Below are positions 1 to 8,762 of a stretch of 64,000 bases of DNA, one piece after another. Both the position numbers and the translations under genes were made by a program. Origin of the DNA: Selenomonadaceae bacterium (GTDB taxonomy: Bacteria; Bacillota; Clostridia; Oscillospirales; CAG-272); assembly GCA_963598415.1 (NCBI GenBank), contig CAVBUH010000050.1, positions 14,189 through 78,188 of the forward strand. The letters are read 5' to 3'. Positions within the stretch are counted from its first letter, which is position 1; every line of letters begins with the position of its first letter. The notes under the pieces are model-generated. The model was not told where the DNA came from. It was given only the letters and a program-made list of their open reading frames with translations, and ran no database searches.

Positions 1-966
1 CAGGCAATAAGACGCAATCATACCGCATGCCATTTGCTTCAGGCGGCGCTCAGACAGGTGCTGGGCACCCATGTTGAGCAGGCGGGTTCCTTTGTGGACG
101 AAGAACGCGTTCGCTTCGATTTTACGCACTTTGCTCCTTTGACAGAGGCTGAACTCCGTGAGACGGAGCTTCTGGTAAACAGGCATATTCTTTTTGGTGA
201 AAATATCGTAACGGTAGAGACCGACATGGAAACGGCACGGGCGCAAGGCGCTATGGCGCTGTTCGGCGATAAGTACGGGGATACTGTTCGTATGGTGAAA
301 ATGGGGAATTTTTCGACCGAGCTTTGCGGCGGAACCCATGTTGACAATACCGCTAAGGCGGGACTCTTCAAGATTGTTTCGGAGTCTTCCGTTGCGGCGG
401 GGGTCAGAAGAATTGAGGGGGTTACGGGATTCGGTATTTTAGCTCTTCTCGGTTCAAAGGAATTGCTTCTTTCTTCGATTGCAAAGGAGCTTAAAGCCTC
501 TGCTCAAGCCGAGCTTCCTCAGAGAGCGGCTTCACTTTTGAGCGAACTGAAAACAGCTAAATCTGAAATAGAAATGCTCAGCACAAAGCTTGCCTCCGGT
601 CAAATTGACAGAATTCGCGCCGGCGCCGCAGATGTCAACGGAATTCATGTCATGACCTATATCCTAAGGGACGTTTCTCCCGATATGCCGCGTGCGGTTT
701 GCGATGAGATCAAGGCTTCCGACGATGATGCGGTTGCGGTTATTGCACTTGTAAACGGCGGAAAGCTCACCTTTGCCGCCTGCTGCGGGAAGAACGCGGT
801 TGCTCACGGAGCACATGCGGGAAATATTCTGAAGGCTGTCAGCGCCATTACCGGCGGAGGCGGAGGCGGACGTCCCGACAGCGCGTCATCAGGCGGAAAG
901 GATGTAGCAAAGCTTGACGCCGCGCTTGCGGAGGTCAGCACAATTGTTGCCGGGATGTATAAATAA
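1..966 (+). CDS. alaS: alanine--tRNA ligase, C-terminal part (5' end outside window)
   Basis: Frame 1 is open from nt 1 (..NHTACHLLQAALRQVLG..). Editing-domain motifs HTACHLL and CGGTHV are present, with a C-terminal GGGGGRPD (DHHA1-type). Stop at 964-966. Confidence 0.93.
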   Translation, partial: QAIRRNHTACHLLQAALRQVLGTHVEQAGSFVDEERVRFDFTHFAPLTEAELRETELLVNRHILFGENIVTVETDMETARAQGAMALFGDKYGDTVRMVKMGNFSTELCGGTHVDNTAKAGLFKIVSESSVAAGVRRIEGVTGFGILALLGSKELLLSSIAKELKASAQAELPQRAASLLSELKTAKSEIEMLSTKLASGQIDRIRAGAADVNGIHVMTYILRDVSPDMPRAVCDEIKASDDDAVAVIALVNGGKLTFAACCGKNAVAHGAHAGNILKAVSAITGGGGGGRPDSASSGGKDVAKLDAALAEVSTIVAGMYK

Positions 967-974
967 TAATATAT

Positions 975-2261
975 ATGAAATTGTTTGTTCATATCGCTGT
1001 TTCTGTAATTAAGCTTTTTCAAAAGGCAATCGGATTTCTTTTCAGTTATCGGAGCATTTATGTCGTTACCGGCATCTTTACGACAAAAAGGTTTCCTCCT
1101 GCGAAAAAGCGTCATCGGTATGCCGTGCTTGTCGCGGCGCGAAATGAGGCTTCAGTTATCGGCAATTTGCTCGACAGCATTAAGCTCCAGGATTATCCTT
1201 CCGAGCTGATAACCGTTTTTGTGGTTGCCGATAACTGCAGCGATGATACCGCCGCCATTGCGGGAAAGTGCGGAGCGATATGCTATGAACGCACCGATCC
1301 GAGCCGCAGAACAAAAGGGTTTGCGCTTCAATATCTTGTAAAATGTATTGAGAGAGATTATGGGATAGACTCCTATGAGGGATATTTTATCTTCGACGCC
1401 GACAATCTTTTGAAGCGCGATTACATATCGAGAATGAACGAATCCTTTGACGCGGGGGAAAAAATCGTTACCTCATATCGCAATACCAAGAATTTTGACG
1501 ACAATTGGATTTCCGCGTCCTACGCTTTGCATTGGCTGAGAACGATAAGAACAGAGCACCGTGCACGGTCGGTTTTTGGTCTTGCAGCACGAATTCAGGG
1601 GACGGGATTTCTTATTGCCGCAGAAATTATCAGAAACGGATGGAATTACACTTCGCTTACCGAGGACAGAGCCCTTTCCGCCGACGCGGTTGTTGACGGC
1701 TATACGATATCTTATAACGATGCTGCGGAATTTTTCGATGAACAGCCGACAGCGCTTAAAACCGCAATGCGTCAGAGAATAAGGTGGTCAAAGGGACATT
1801 TGCAGGCATTTGCGGAGTCGGGAGGCAAGCTGTTTGCCGGAATATTCCGACATCTGCACAGAGTGCGCAGCTTCATTTGCTATGATATGCTGTCGGTGAT
1901 CATGCCCCGCGCTCTTATTTCGCTTTTTTGCCGATGGTTATTGATCTTTCTGACGATTCTGTCTTTGTCTGCAAGCGACGGGAAGACATTGTCTGCGGCT
2001 GCGCTTGCGGTAGCTGCATTTTATGATTTTGCCGTTTCCTACGTCGGTACGGTTTTTACCGCAGTATATTTGTTTGTTTTCGAACGAAAGCGGATCAAAC
2101 CGATAGTGTGGTATAAAAAGCTTTGGTTCTGCATTATGTTCCCTGTTTTCGATATTATCGGAAGGCTGTCTATGCTGATTGCCCTTTTTACGAAAGTCGA
2201 ATGGAAGCCGATACCGCATAATGCTTCGGTAAAAATCGACGAAATCAGTATGTGCAAATAA
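975..2261 (+). CDS. family 2 (GT-A) membrane glycosyltransferase, processive type
   Basis: 428-aa ORF starting 8 nt after the alaS stop, with hydrophobic N- and C-terminal segments. Motifs VLVAARNE..VVADNCSDDT, FDADN and QRIRW (QxxRW). Confidence 0.8.
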   Translation: MKLFVHIAVSVIKLFQKAIGFLFSYRSIYVVTGIFTTKRFPPAKKRHRYAVLVAARNEASVIGNLLDSIKLQDYPSELITVFVVADNCSDDTAAIAGKCGAICYERTDPSRRTKGFALQYLVKCIERDYGIDSYEGYFIFDADNLLKRDYISRMNESFDAGEKIVTSYRNTKNFDDNWISASYALHWLRTIRTEHRARSVFGLAARIQGTGFLIAAEIIRNGWNYTSLTEDRALSADAVVDGYTISYNDAAEFFDEQPTALKTAMRQRIRWSKGHLQAFAESGGKLFAGIFRHLHRVRSFICYDMLSVIMPRALISLFCRWLLIFLTILSLSASDGKTLSAAALAVAAFYDFAVSYVGTVFTAVYLFVFERKRIKPIVWYKKLWFCIMFPVFDIIGRLSMLIALFTKVEWKPIPHNASVKIDEISMCK

Positions 2262-2262
2262 T

Positions 2263-2341
2263 ATAAGGCAATACCGCCGGGTTCACAGTTTGCGCCTTGA
2301 TGATGCATCTGCACCGTCAGAATCCGGCGGTATTGCCATAA
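2263..2341 (+). repeat. family A repeat, internally deleted copy A1
   Basis: ATAA|GGCAATACCGCCGGGTTCACAG..GCACCGTCAGAATCCGGCGGTATTGCC|ATAA, with the same 4 nt (ATAA) on both flanks. Confidence 0.8.
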
Positions 2342-2399
2342 AAAATCCCTCCGCAAAGTCTTGACTGTGTGAAGCAGTCATCTCAGCGAAGGGATTTTT
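2341..2399. terminator. possible bidirectional terminator hairpin between convergent genes
   Basis: AAAAATCCCT (2341-2350) pairs with AGGGATTTTT (2390-2399). An inner GACTG/CAGTC hairpin and flanking A/T runs are present. Confidence 0.4.
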
Positions 2400-2408
2400 G
2401 TATTATTT

Positions 2409-3230
2409 TTATTTCGGAAGATTTGAATAAGGAATTATGACAGTTTGAGTGCCAAGCGCATTCGGGGCTATGGAATAGGTGTTCAGAAAAAGAGTGACGC
2501 CGTCTTCGGACAGATAGTAGTTTTCCCCCGATACCTCGTTTGGGAGAAGCGCAAGTGCGTCGTCAAAAAAGTTTTCGGGATTGGAATTTATAATCACGGT
2601 GAAGGCGCTTATTATATAGTTTCTTGCATATTCCTCGTTTTTTTCGATATAATCCGCAAAGCTGAGCTGCTCTCCGGAGATAAGATCAAAGCAAAGGGCA
2701 TAGGTGAACCATAAGCTGTCGGCTCCGCCGCTCTGTTCATAGGAATCAAAGCGTACCGACAGGATATTTTCCCGCACATAGGCTGTGTAATCGGCAGTTT
2801 TCTCATACGGCTCAAATTCGATGGAATCCTCTTTTGCCGCATTGTAATCCTCTTTTGCCGCGGCTTTTTCCGAAGCTTTTATAGCAGTAAAGCTTTCGCA
2901 GTAAAGCTTCAGCGTGTTATTGATCTTTTCAAGATTATATTCTTTGTTTCCATCTATGACGGGGCGATTGATAGAGTATACTATAAGTGTGTCGCCGTTC
3001 AGCGAGTATTTATCAGAGACCGCCTCGGGCGTTACGGTGATATCGGCAGGCTCGGTATCGATGTCTCCGGAAGTCGGGAAGCTTTCGGAAGAGGTGATCT
3101 CTGCCGTTTCTGTTCCGGACTTTTGGGACTCGGTTTCGGGAGTTTTATCCTTTTGGGAGGAGCAGGAAATAAGGAAAGAAAGCGAAATTGCCGCAAGGAG
3201 GAAAAGAGCGATTTTTCTTTGTCTTTTCAT
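2409..3230 (-). CDS. lipoprotein of unknown function (possibly DUF3298/DUF4163-like)
   Basis: Signal peptide with lipobox (..SFLISCSS), then a T/S/E-rich linker. The domain resemblance is weak and judged by eye only. Confidence 0.6.
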   Translation of the reverse strand: MKRQRKIALFLLAAISLSFLISCSSQKDKTPETESQKSGTETAEITSSESFPTSGDIDTEPADITVTPEAVSDKYSLNGDTLIVYSINRPVIDGNKEYNLEKINNTLKLYCESFTAIKASEKAAAKEDYNAAKEDSIEFEPYEKTADYTAYVRENILSVRFDSYEQSGGADSLWFTYALCFDLISGEQLSFADYIEKNEEYARNYIISAFTVIINSNPENFFDDALALLPNEVSGENYYLSEDGVTLFLNTYSIAPNALGTQTVIIPYSNLPK

Positions 3231-3245
3231 TGCTTTTCCTTTCCG

Positions 3246-4070
3246 TCAGAGTTCCGACAGCGCAGCGCCGATAACGGTTGCAAATTGTGAATTATGAGGC
3301 ACGATATAATCGACTTCAAATGTTTTGTTGAGCGAATCAAAAATGTCATTTGCCTGAGGGATCGTGGTCATATTACCGGTCATAACGATTTTTCCTATGT
3401 TTTTGTCCCGTGAAGCAAAAAGGGCAAGCATTGCCACGCTTTCGAATATCATATTGATAAGACCGAGCGCCAAATCGTTTTTGGACGCAAGATCGCTCAG
3501 ATTTCCGAAGTTGGCGGCGGTAAGCTCCGAGGACAACATGCCGGGGATATCTTTTCGTGTTATGTCGCAGACGCGGAGATCCACATTGGAAAGCTTTCCG
3601 GACGAGGCAAGCTCAACAATATTCTGTATATCGGTGACGCCGAGCATTTTCCTTGCAAGACCGGAGAGCGTTCCTCCCCCGATTCCGGTGCCTCCGAGAT
3701 ATTCGATTTTTTTTCCGCGTTCCGCTTTGACAAGCGCGGTTCCGGTTCCCATACTTACAACAATTGCTTTGTCAAGTCCCGACAGATAAAGACCGCCCAA
3801 GCCAATACAGTTAAATTCTGAAACATGATGACATTCAAGACCGTAGAGCGGTTTGGTTAAATAGGAGGAGCCGACGCCGGTAACCATTACCTTCTCAATA
3901 TTTTTGAGTTCCAACTGATTTTCGTCCGTGAATTTGCCGAAAGCGCCGTATACCGCGGTAATCGGATCATTGGCTTTTACGAAGATCGGTTCGATGAGTT
4001 TCCCGCTTCGTTCAAATCCTACAATCTTTGTAGTGCTCCCGCCTACGTCAATACCGATAATAACTTTCAT
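3246..4070 (-). CDS. coaW: type II pantothenate kinase
   Basis: Start taken at ATG 4070 (MKVIIGIDVGGSTTKIVG). Fumble/PanK-II motifs VSMGTGTA, GGTGIGGGT and TAANFG. The longer ORF to 4142 only adds a non-conserved leader. Confidence 0.8.
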   Translation of the reverse strand: MKVIIGIDVGGSTTKIVGFERSGKLIEPIFVKANDPITAVYGAFGKFTDENQLELKNIEKVMVTGVGSSYLTKPLYGLECHHVSEFNCIGLGGLYLSGLDKAIVVSMGTGTALVKAERGKKIEYLGGTGIGGGTLSGLARKMLGVTDIQNIVELASSGKLSNVDLRVCDITRKDIPGMLSSELTAANFGNLSDLASKNDLALGLINMIFESVAMLALFASRDKNIGKIVMTGNMTTIPQANDIFDSLNKTFEVDYIVPHNSQFATVIGAALSEL

Positions 4071-4267
4071 TTTTTGCTGTTCATCCTTCCGGGATATTGG
4101 TAAAACTACTATTATTATAACACATAAGGAAATAATTTTCAACCGATAACTTAAAAAAGAGTGATTTGTCTGATATTGCCGAAACTATTGACTTTTTTAT
4201 ATTGTTGTGATATGATAAAAACATATATTGCTGATTTTCTTTTATGTTAACCGCGGGGGCAATTGAA

Positions 4268-5125
4268 ATGGAAAAAATATTTCCCGAAAACATTTTTACC
4301 GAACGGATAAGTCCGGATAAGGTGTATTATGAAACCAGAAATTTTATAAATAATGTATTGCCTTTTTCATTTCATATTGATATAATGGTGAACACCTCCC
4401 ATCATTATGTTCACAAGCACCGCGAGATCGAGATTTTATCGGGGATATCCGGTTCCGGGCAGGTGATTGCCGATTTAAAAACGATACCGGTTGACGAGAA
4501 CGAGATTGTCGTCATAAACCCCAACAAGGTGCATTATATCGTCTCCGATAATATTTTTAAGTATTATTGCCTTATCATCGATTCCGATTTTCTTGAAGCA
4601 AACGGAATTGATACCGAATCGGTTTATTTTAAAGATCATATTACCGATCCCTCGCTGACCGCTATGATTGAAAATCTTAATTCGGAATGGAAGAAGGATG
4701 ATGAATACCGGAATATGATGCTGAAATCCTGTGTTATCGGGATTATCGTAAACCTTTGCAGAAATCACCTTGTAAATGAGACTATGCTCGAAAAGGAAAG
4801 CAGAACGCTTCAAAAAATCAAGCACTCGATTAACTTCATAAAGAACAATTTCAGAAACGAGCTTACGCTTGACAATATCGCCGATGAAGCGGGACTCAGC
4901 AAATATCATTATTGCCGGGAATTTAAAAAAGCTACCGATCTTACTCCTGTGGAATTTATTAACAGAACACGATGTGAATTTGCCAAAAATCTTCTTGAAT
5001 CCAAGAAATACTCTGTTGCCGAGATCGGAGAGATGAGCGGCTTTTCAACATCTGCCCATTTTTCTAAGACGTTTAAAGGCTTTTTTGGGGTATATCCCTC
5101 CGACTATATGAAAAAAATGATGTAA
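4268..5125 (+). CDS. AraC family transcriptional regulator (cupin + double HTH)
   Basis: C-terminal AraC HTH (..LSKYHYCREFKKATDLTPVEFINRTR..SGFSTSAHFSKTFKGFFGVYPSDY). Start taken at ATG 4268 with a G-rich SD; 4244 is an alternative. Confidence 0.85.
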   Translation: MEKIFPENIFTERISPDKVYYETRNFINNVLPFSFHIDIMVNTSHHYVHKHREIEILSGISGSGQVIADLKTIPVDENEIVVINPNKVHYIVSDNIFKYYCLIIDSDFLEANGIDTESVYFKDHITDPSLTAMIENLNSEWKKDDEYRNMMLKSCVIGIIVNLCRNHLVNETMLEKESRTLQKIKHSINFIKNNFRNELTLDNIADEAGLSKYHYCREFKKATDLTPVEFINRTRCEFAKNLLESKKYSVAEIGEMSGFSTSAHFSKTFKGFFGVYPSDYMKKMM

Positions 5126-5138
5126 AAGGACAACTCAA

Positions 5139-6098
5139 ATGAAAATTTATATAAATAATAATACCGATCCGTATTTTAATCTTGCTTCCGAGCAGTATCT
5201 TCTTGATAACGAGACGGATGAGGTGTTCATGCTTTGGAGAAACGCCAAGGCGGTCGTTATCGGAAAAAATCAAAATGCATATGCGGAGATAAATAAACCT
5301 TTTGTTGATGAGCATGGAATTAAGGTGGTGCGCCGTCTGACGGGAGGCGGTGCCGTGTTTCATGATCTCGGAAACGTGAATTTTACCTATATAGTAGCAA
5401 GAGAGAATTGTCCGTCGCTTGATTTTGAACGCTTCAGCCGCCCTGTTATAGACGCGCTGCGGGATATCGGTGTGGAAGCGGAGCTTTCCGGAAGAAATGA
5501 TATCACTGTCGGAGGGAAAAAAATATCCGGTAATGCACAGTGTGTTTATAACAACAAGGTAATGCACCACGGAACATTGCTTTTTTCGGCCGATATGTCT
5601 CAAATGGCAGGGGCTCTTACTGTAGATGAGGAAAAGATCAGGAGCAAAGGGATTAAGAGTGTCAGAGCCAGAGTATGTAATATTTCGGAGCTTCTTCCGG
5701 ACATGGATGTAATTGCTTTCAAGGAGTATCTCGAAAACAAATTTGACGGTGATAAAAAGGAATTTTCCGACGGGCAGAAGGCGGAAATACAGCGCTTAAG
5801 GGACGAGAAGTATTCCACATGGGAGTGGAATTACGGCGTCTCAAAGGAGTACAACAGAAGGTGCAAAAAGTATTTTCCTTTCGGAACCGTTGATATCTCT
5901 CTGAATGCCGATCACGGCGAAATCAAAGAGGTGCGTTTTTTCGGAGACTATTTTGGGGTGAATGATATTTCAGTTGTTGAGCAGAGACTGATCGGGTGCC
6001 GCCTTGAAAAAGGAGAGATAGAGGAGCGTCTTTCGGACATAGAAAAATTTATCATGGGGGCGGATAGGTCTTCGATTTCCGGACTTATTTTAGGATAA
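5139..6098 (+). CDS. lplA: lipoate--protein ligase
   Basis: 319 aa with motifs RRLTGGGAVFHDLGN and GKKISGNAQ. C-terminal LplA accessory domain is present. Confidence 0.9.
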   Translation: MKIYINNNTDPYFNLASEQYLLDNETDEVFMLWRNAKAVVIGKNQNAYAEINKPFVDEHGIKVVRRLTGGGAVFHDLGNVNFTYIVARENCPSLDFERFSRPVIDALRDIGVEAELSGRNDITVGGKKISGNAQCVYNNKVMHHGTLLFSADMSQMAGALTVDEEKIRSKGIKSVRARVCNISELLPDMDVIAFKEYLENKFDGDKKEFSDGQKAEIQRLRDEKYSTWEWNYGVSKEYNRRCKKYFPFGTVDISLNADHGEIKEVRFFGDYFGVNDISVVEQRLIGCRLEKGEIEERLSDIEKFIMGADRSSISGLILG

Positions 6099-6217
6099 AA
6101 ACCGGAGGATGAAGGAATTTTCTATACCGATATTTTCCATACCGATAAGAATCTCGTAAAGACAGCTTGACAGTTTTCGCAGAGAAAATTTCTGTGCCGA
6201 CCGAACAGAGGCAGCAT

Positions 6218-6267
6218 AAAAGAGGTTAAACCGTGTTTTGAATCGGTTTAACCTCTTATTTATTTTT
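6218..6267 (+). terminator. rho-independent terminator of lplA
   Basis: 15-bp stem AAAGAGGTTAAACCG / CGGTTTAACCTCTT followed by ATTTATTTTT. Confidence 0.8.
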
Positions 6268-6420
6268 GGCAGCTCAAAAAAGTCACTGCTCAAATCCGGC
6301 TCGATCTGTTTTCCATCATTTGTCACTAAATTTCTTGTTAGATATACACTGTCTGCGGAATTTTGGTTTAGACTGACGAAAAATCTCTTTGCCGTCTATG
6401 AACATTGCATTTTTAGCGAT
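6268..6420 (+). repeat. family B interspersed repeat, copy B1 (degenerate termini)
   Basis: Aligns over its length with 8601-8761, 10402-10561 and 60595-60753 (..CGATCTGTTTTCC.TCATT.GTCAC..GACTGACGAAAAATCTCTTTGCCGTCTATGAACATTG..). Confidence 0.75.
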
Positions 6421-6603
6421 ATTCTTTATGCAATTACAAATGCTCGGAATTGCCGGATTTTGAATGAAAAAGTGAAAATACTGCCGTTTTACGGCTCCGT
6501 ATACATGCTCTCTGCAATCAGCTTAACGCTTCCGCGGTGTATCTTGAAAATTGCCGATGACAGCGAAGATGTGCAAGACGTAAGCGGCTTTTTTAGCTGG
6601 GAT

Positions 6604-7263
6604 TCATATCAGCTTTTTAAAATCCTCTGTCCCGTAAAGGATCATTTCGGCACCGAGCTGTTCCAAAAGCTCCTTCGGGCGGTATCCCCAGGAAACGCCG
6701 ACAGGGTGAAATCCAGCGTTGGTGGCGAGATGCATATCGACATCGGAGTCACCTATCAGAACGGTTTCCTCCGGCGTTCCCCCGAGAATTTTTGCTATAT
6801 AGAGGGCGCCCTCGGGAGAAGGCTTGTGCGGAAACTGACCGTTGTGACCGAGAACAAGCTCAAAGGTTCCCTCGGGAAAAAGCTTTGCACAGATTGCCTT
6901 TGTCTGGATATCCTGCTTGTTTGAGAAGACGGCAAGTCTTGCTCCCCTTTCTTTGAGATAGGCAATTCCTTCCGGGACGGCAGGATAGGGCTTTGTCGTT
7001 TTCAGATATTCCTCGGCATAATATTCCGAATATTTCGCGTATGCGCGATCAATGATCTCTTCGCTTTGGCGATATTCTTCAGGCAGACAGCCGGTAACAA
7101 ATACCCGCGCTCCGTTATTTATATTACGAAGCGTATCTTCTGCGGTAACCTCGCGCCAGCCGAAATACCGCAGCATACGGTTCATAGCCGACCTTAAATC
7201 TTCGATTGTATAGGCAAGCGTTCCGTCAAGATCGAATATAAAATATTTGTGTTTACAGTACAT
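6604..7263 (-). CDS. HAD family hydrolase (phosphoglycolate phosphatase-like)
   Basis: Motif I FDLDGTLAYT, a conserved K, and motif IV GDSDVD. 219 aa. Confidence 0.85.
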   Translation of the reverse strand: MYCKHKYFIFDLDGTLAYTIEDLRSAMNRMLRYFGWREVTAEDTLRNINNGARVFVTGCLPEEYRQSEEIIDRAYAKYSEYYAEEYLKTTKPYPAVPEGIAYLKERGARLAVFSNKQDIQTKAICAKLFPEGTFELVLGHNGQFPHKPSPEGALYIAKILGGTPEETVLIGDSDVDMHLATNAGFHPVGVSWGYRPKELLEQLGAEMILYGTEDFKKLI

Positions 7264-7284
7264 ATTGATATCTCCGTAAAATTT

Positions 7285-7866
7285 TCAGTCGGGCAATTCA
7301 TCGATCAAATCGATAAACCAATAGGGAAGATCCCTGTCGCAGTCGATAAGCCGCTTGTTTTCCAAAATCGCAATTTGCCTGAATTTCCGGGTGTTATCAA
7401 ACAATATCGCGTCATCGCATAACGGCAAAGCGGCTCTGAGATTATGATTGAGCTGAGAAAATCTTTTGATAATAAACTGATCTGCGATGCCGTGTCCGCC
7501 GTTTGCCATACGCTGATGTACCCGCTCGATGGCGACGTTTATATCGTCTATACCGATATAATAGAGGACGACCGTAAATCCGTGTTCCTTTGCGGAGTTG
7601 ATATGGCGGAGCATCGCCGCGCCGGGAAGCGTTGTTTCGATATGAAAAGATGTTCCTTCCTCAATGTATTTTGAGATAAGGTTCATTGCCGTTCTTCCGG
7701 CGTGTATATTGGCATACGGATCCTGATTTCCTCCGAATTGCTTTGCAAGCTCATCAATATTGATTCTTTTGCCGAGATTTTCACTTTGTCGGAGCACATG
7801 ATAGAGAGACGTTTTTCCGGCGCCGTTAATTCCGGCAATAACGGTAAATCTCTTTTCGGAACTCAT
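7285..7866 (-). CDS. zeta-toxin-like P-loop kinase (COG4185-type ATPase)
   Basis: Walker A GINGAGKTS. About 193 aa from ATG 7866 (MSSEKRFTVIAG..). The layout is typical of zeta toxin/AAA-like kinases. Confidence 0.75.
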   Translation of the reverse strand: MSSEKRFTVIAGINGAGKTSLYHVLRQSENLGKRINIDELAKQFGGNQDPYANIHAGRTAMNLISKYIEEGTSFHIETTLPGAAMLRHINSAKEHGFTVVLYYIGIDDINVAIERVHQRMANGGHGIADQFIIKRFSQLNHNLRAALPLCDDAILFDNTRKFRQIAILENKRLIDCDRDLPYWFIDLIDELPD

Positions 7867-8042
7867 AACAGTATTTCTCCGACGATTTTTTCCTGCGAAA
7901 GCTGCAGCTTCAGGTTTATCATTGCCCGGCAAAAGATTTTTTCCTCGCGTGAAGCGGCAGAGGAAAGCTCCGCCTCAAGTTCGGCAATGGTGATGTTCTG
8001 AAAATCTCTGTACATATCGGAGACCTTGTCTGATTGTTCCAT
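7863..8042 (-). CDS. small protein, candidate cognate antitoxin of the zeta-like kinase
   Basis: 59-aa ORF (MEQSDKVSDMYRDF..) with a GAAGGAA SD about 7 nt upstream of ATG 8042. Its TGA overlaps the kinase ATG (ATGA at 7863-7866). Confidence 0.45.
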   Translation of the reverse strand: MEQSDKVSDMYRDFQNITIAELEAELSSAASREEKIFCRAMINLKLQLSQEKIVGEILL

Positions 8043-8114
8043 GTTATATTCCTTCTTTGCTCTCAAGACGACTTTTGTGCCGGGAGGTGTATGAAAACAG
8101 TATGTATTATCGAT

Positions 8115-8452
8115 TTAAGGCAATACCGCCGGGTGCACAGCTAAGGCCTTTATTGCGATATGCTTGCCTCTATTCCGTCATACTTCACAAATTTCGTCGG
8201 CAGAGGAGTGACTCCTGCCTCCTTAATTTGTATTGTCTGACAAAAAAACCGGCGGCGCAGCGGGCTGTTGCGTTAAGCAACAAGCCCGACATTTTTCCGG
8301 TCAGGAAACCGGGAAAATGTCGAATCGGGTGTTTTTGACTGTATTTTCTTTGGATTATTATGAATTTAAATGGTCAAAATTGCGGATTTCACCCGCAAAA
8401 CCCGACTTCGTGGGGCAGTCGCACGTTAGTGCGACTGCCCCTATTGCCTAAA
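8115..8452 (+). repeat. family A repeat, copy A2, interrupted by a family C element
   Basis: Left end TTAAGGCAATACCGCCGGG and the conserved core CGTCATACTTCACAAATTTCGTCGGCAGAGGAG are present. The right terminus TATTGCC resumes only at 8442, after the C insertion. Confidence 0.8.
8261..8441 (+). repeat. family C repeat, copy C1 (inside A2)
   Basis: Near-identical over about 145 bp to the reverse complement of 45210-45354. Starts with the hairpin CGGGCTGTTGCGTTAAGCAACAAGCCCG. Confidence 0.8.
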
Positions 8453-8600
8453 AATTTTCCGCCGGACGAAACAAAATACCCATTGTTCGGACAGTGTATT
8501 ATCGGAGTTTTGTATCGTCCGGCGAAAAATATATTCAAAATCTGCTTTGATATCACAGCAGAAACGGTTTTACGGAACAGATACCGATTGAGTCATTTTA

Positions 8601-8761
8601 GGGAACCTCTAAAAAATTCACTGCCCGAATTCGGTTCGATCTGTTTTCCGTCATTCGTCACAAAAATTCTTGACAGAGGTTACACTGTCTGCGGAATTTT
8701 TGTTTAGATTGACGAAAAAATTTCTTTACCGTCTATGAACATTGAATTTTTAGAGATATCC
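8601..8761 (+). repeat. family B repeat, copy B2
   Basis: Termini GGGAACCTCTAAAAAATTCACTG / CATTGAATTTTTAGAGATATCC are inverted. The copy ends 2 nt from the prs stop codon. Confidence 0.85.
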
Positions 8762-8762
8762 T

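Noticed and set aside
6238-6924. 228-aa plus-strand ORF.
   Set aside because: Its first third runs through repeat B1 and the rest is antisense to the well-supported HAD hydrolase gene (6604-7263). No homology-like motifs are present.
8057-8707. ORFs of 72-115 aa in the track (8057-8338, 8233-8451, 8360-8707). Similar ones occur at 17150-17423, 45020-45579 and 62544-62738.
   Set aside because: They lie entirely inside repeat families A, B and C. Their apparent protein-level similarity between loci follows nucleotide-level repeat identity, reading frames are not maintained between copies (for example, A12 has an in-frame stop where A14 is open), and no SD or start context is present.
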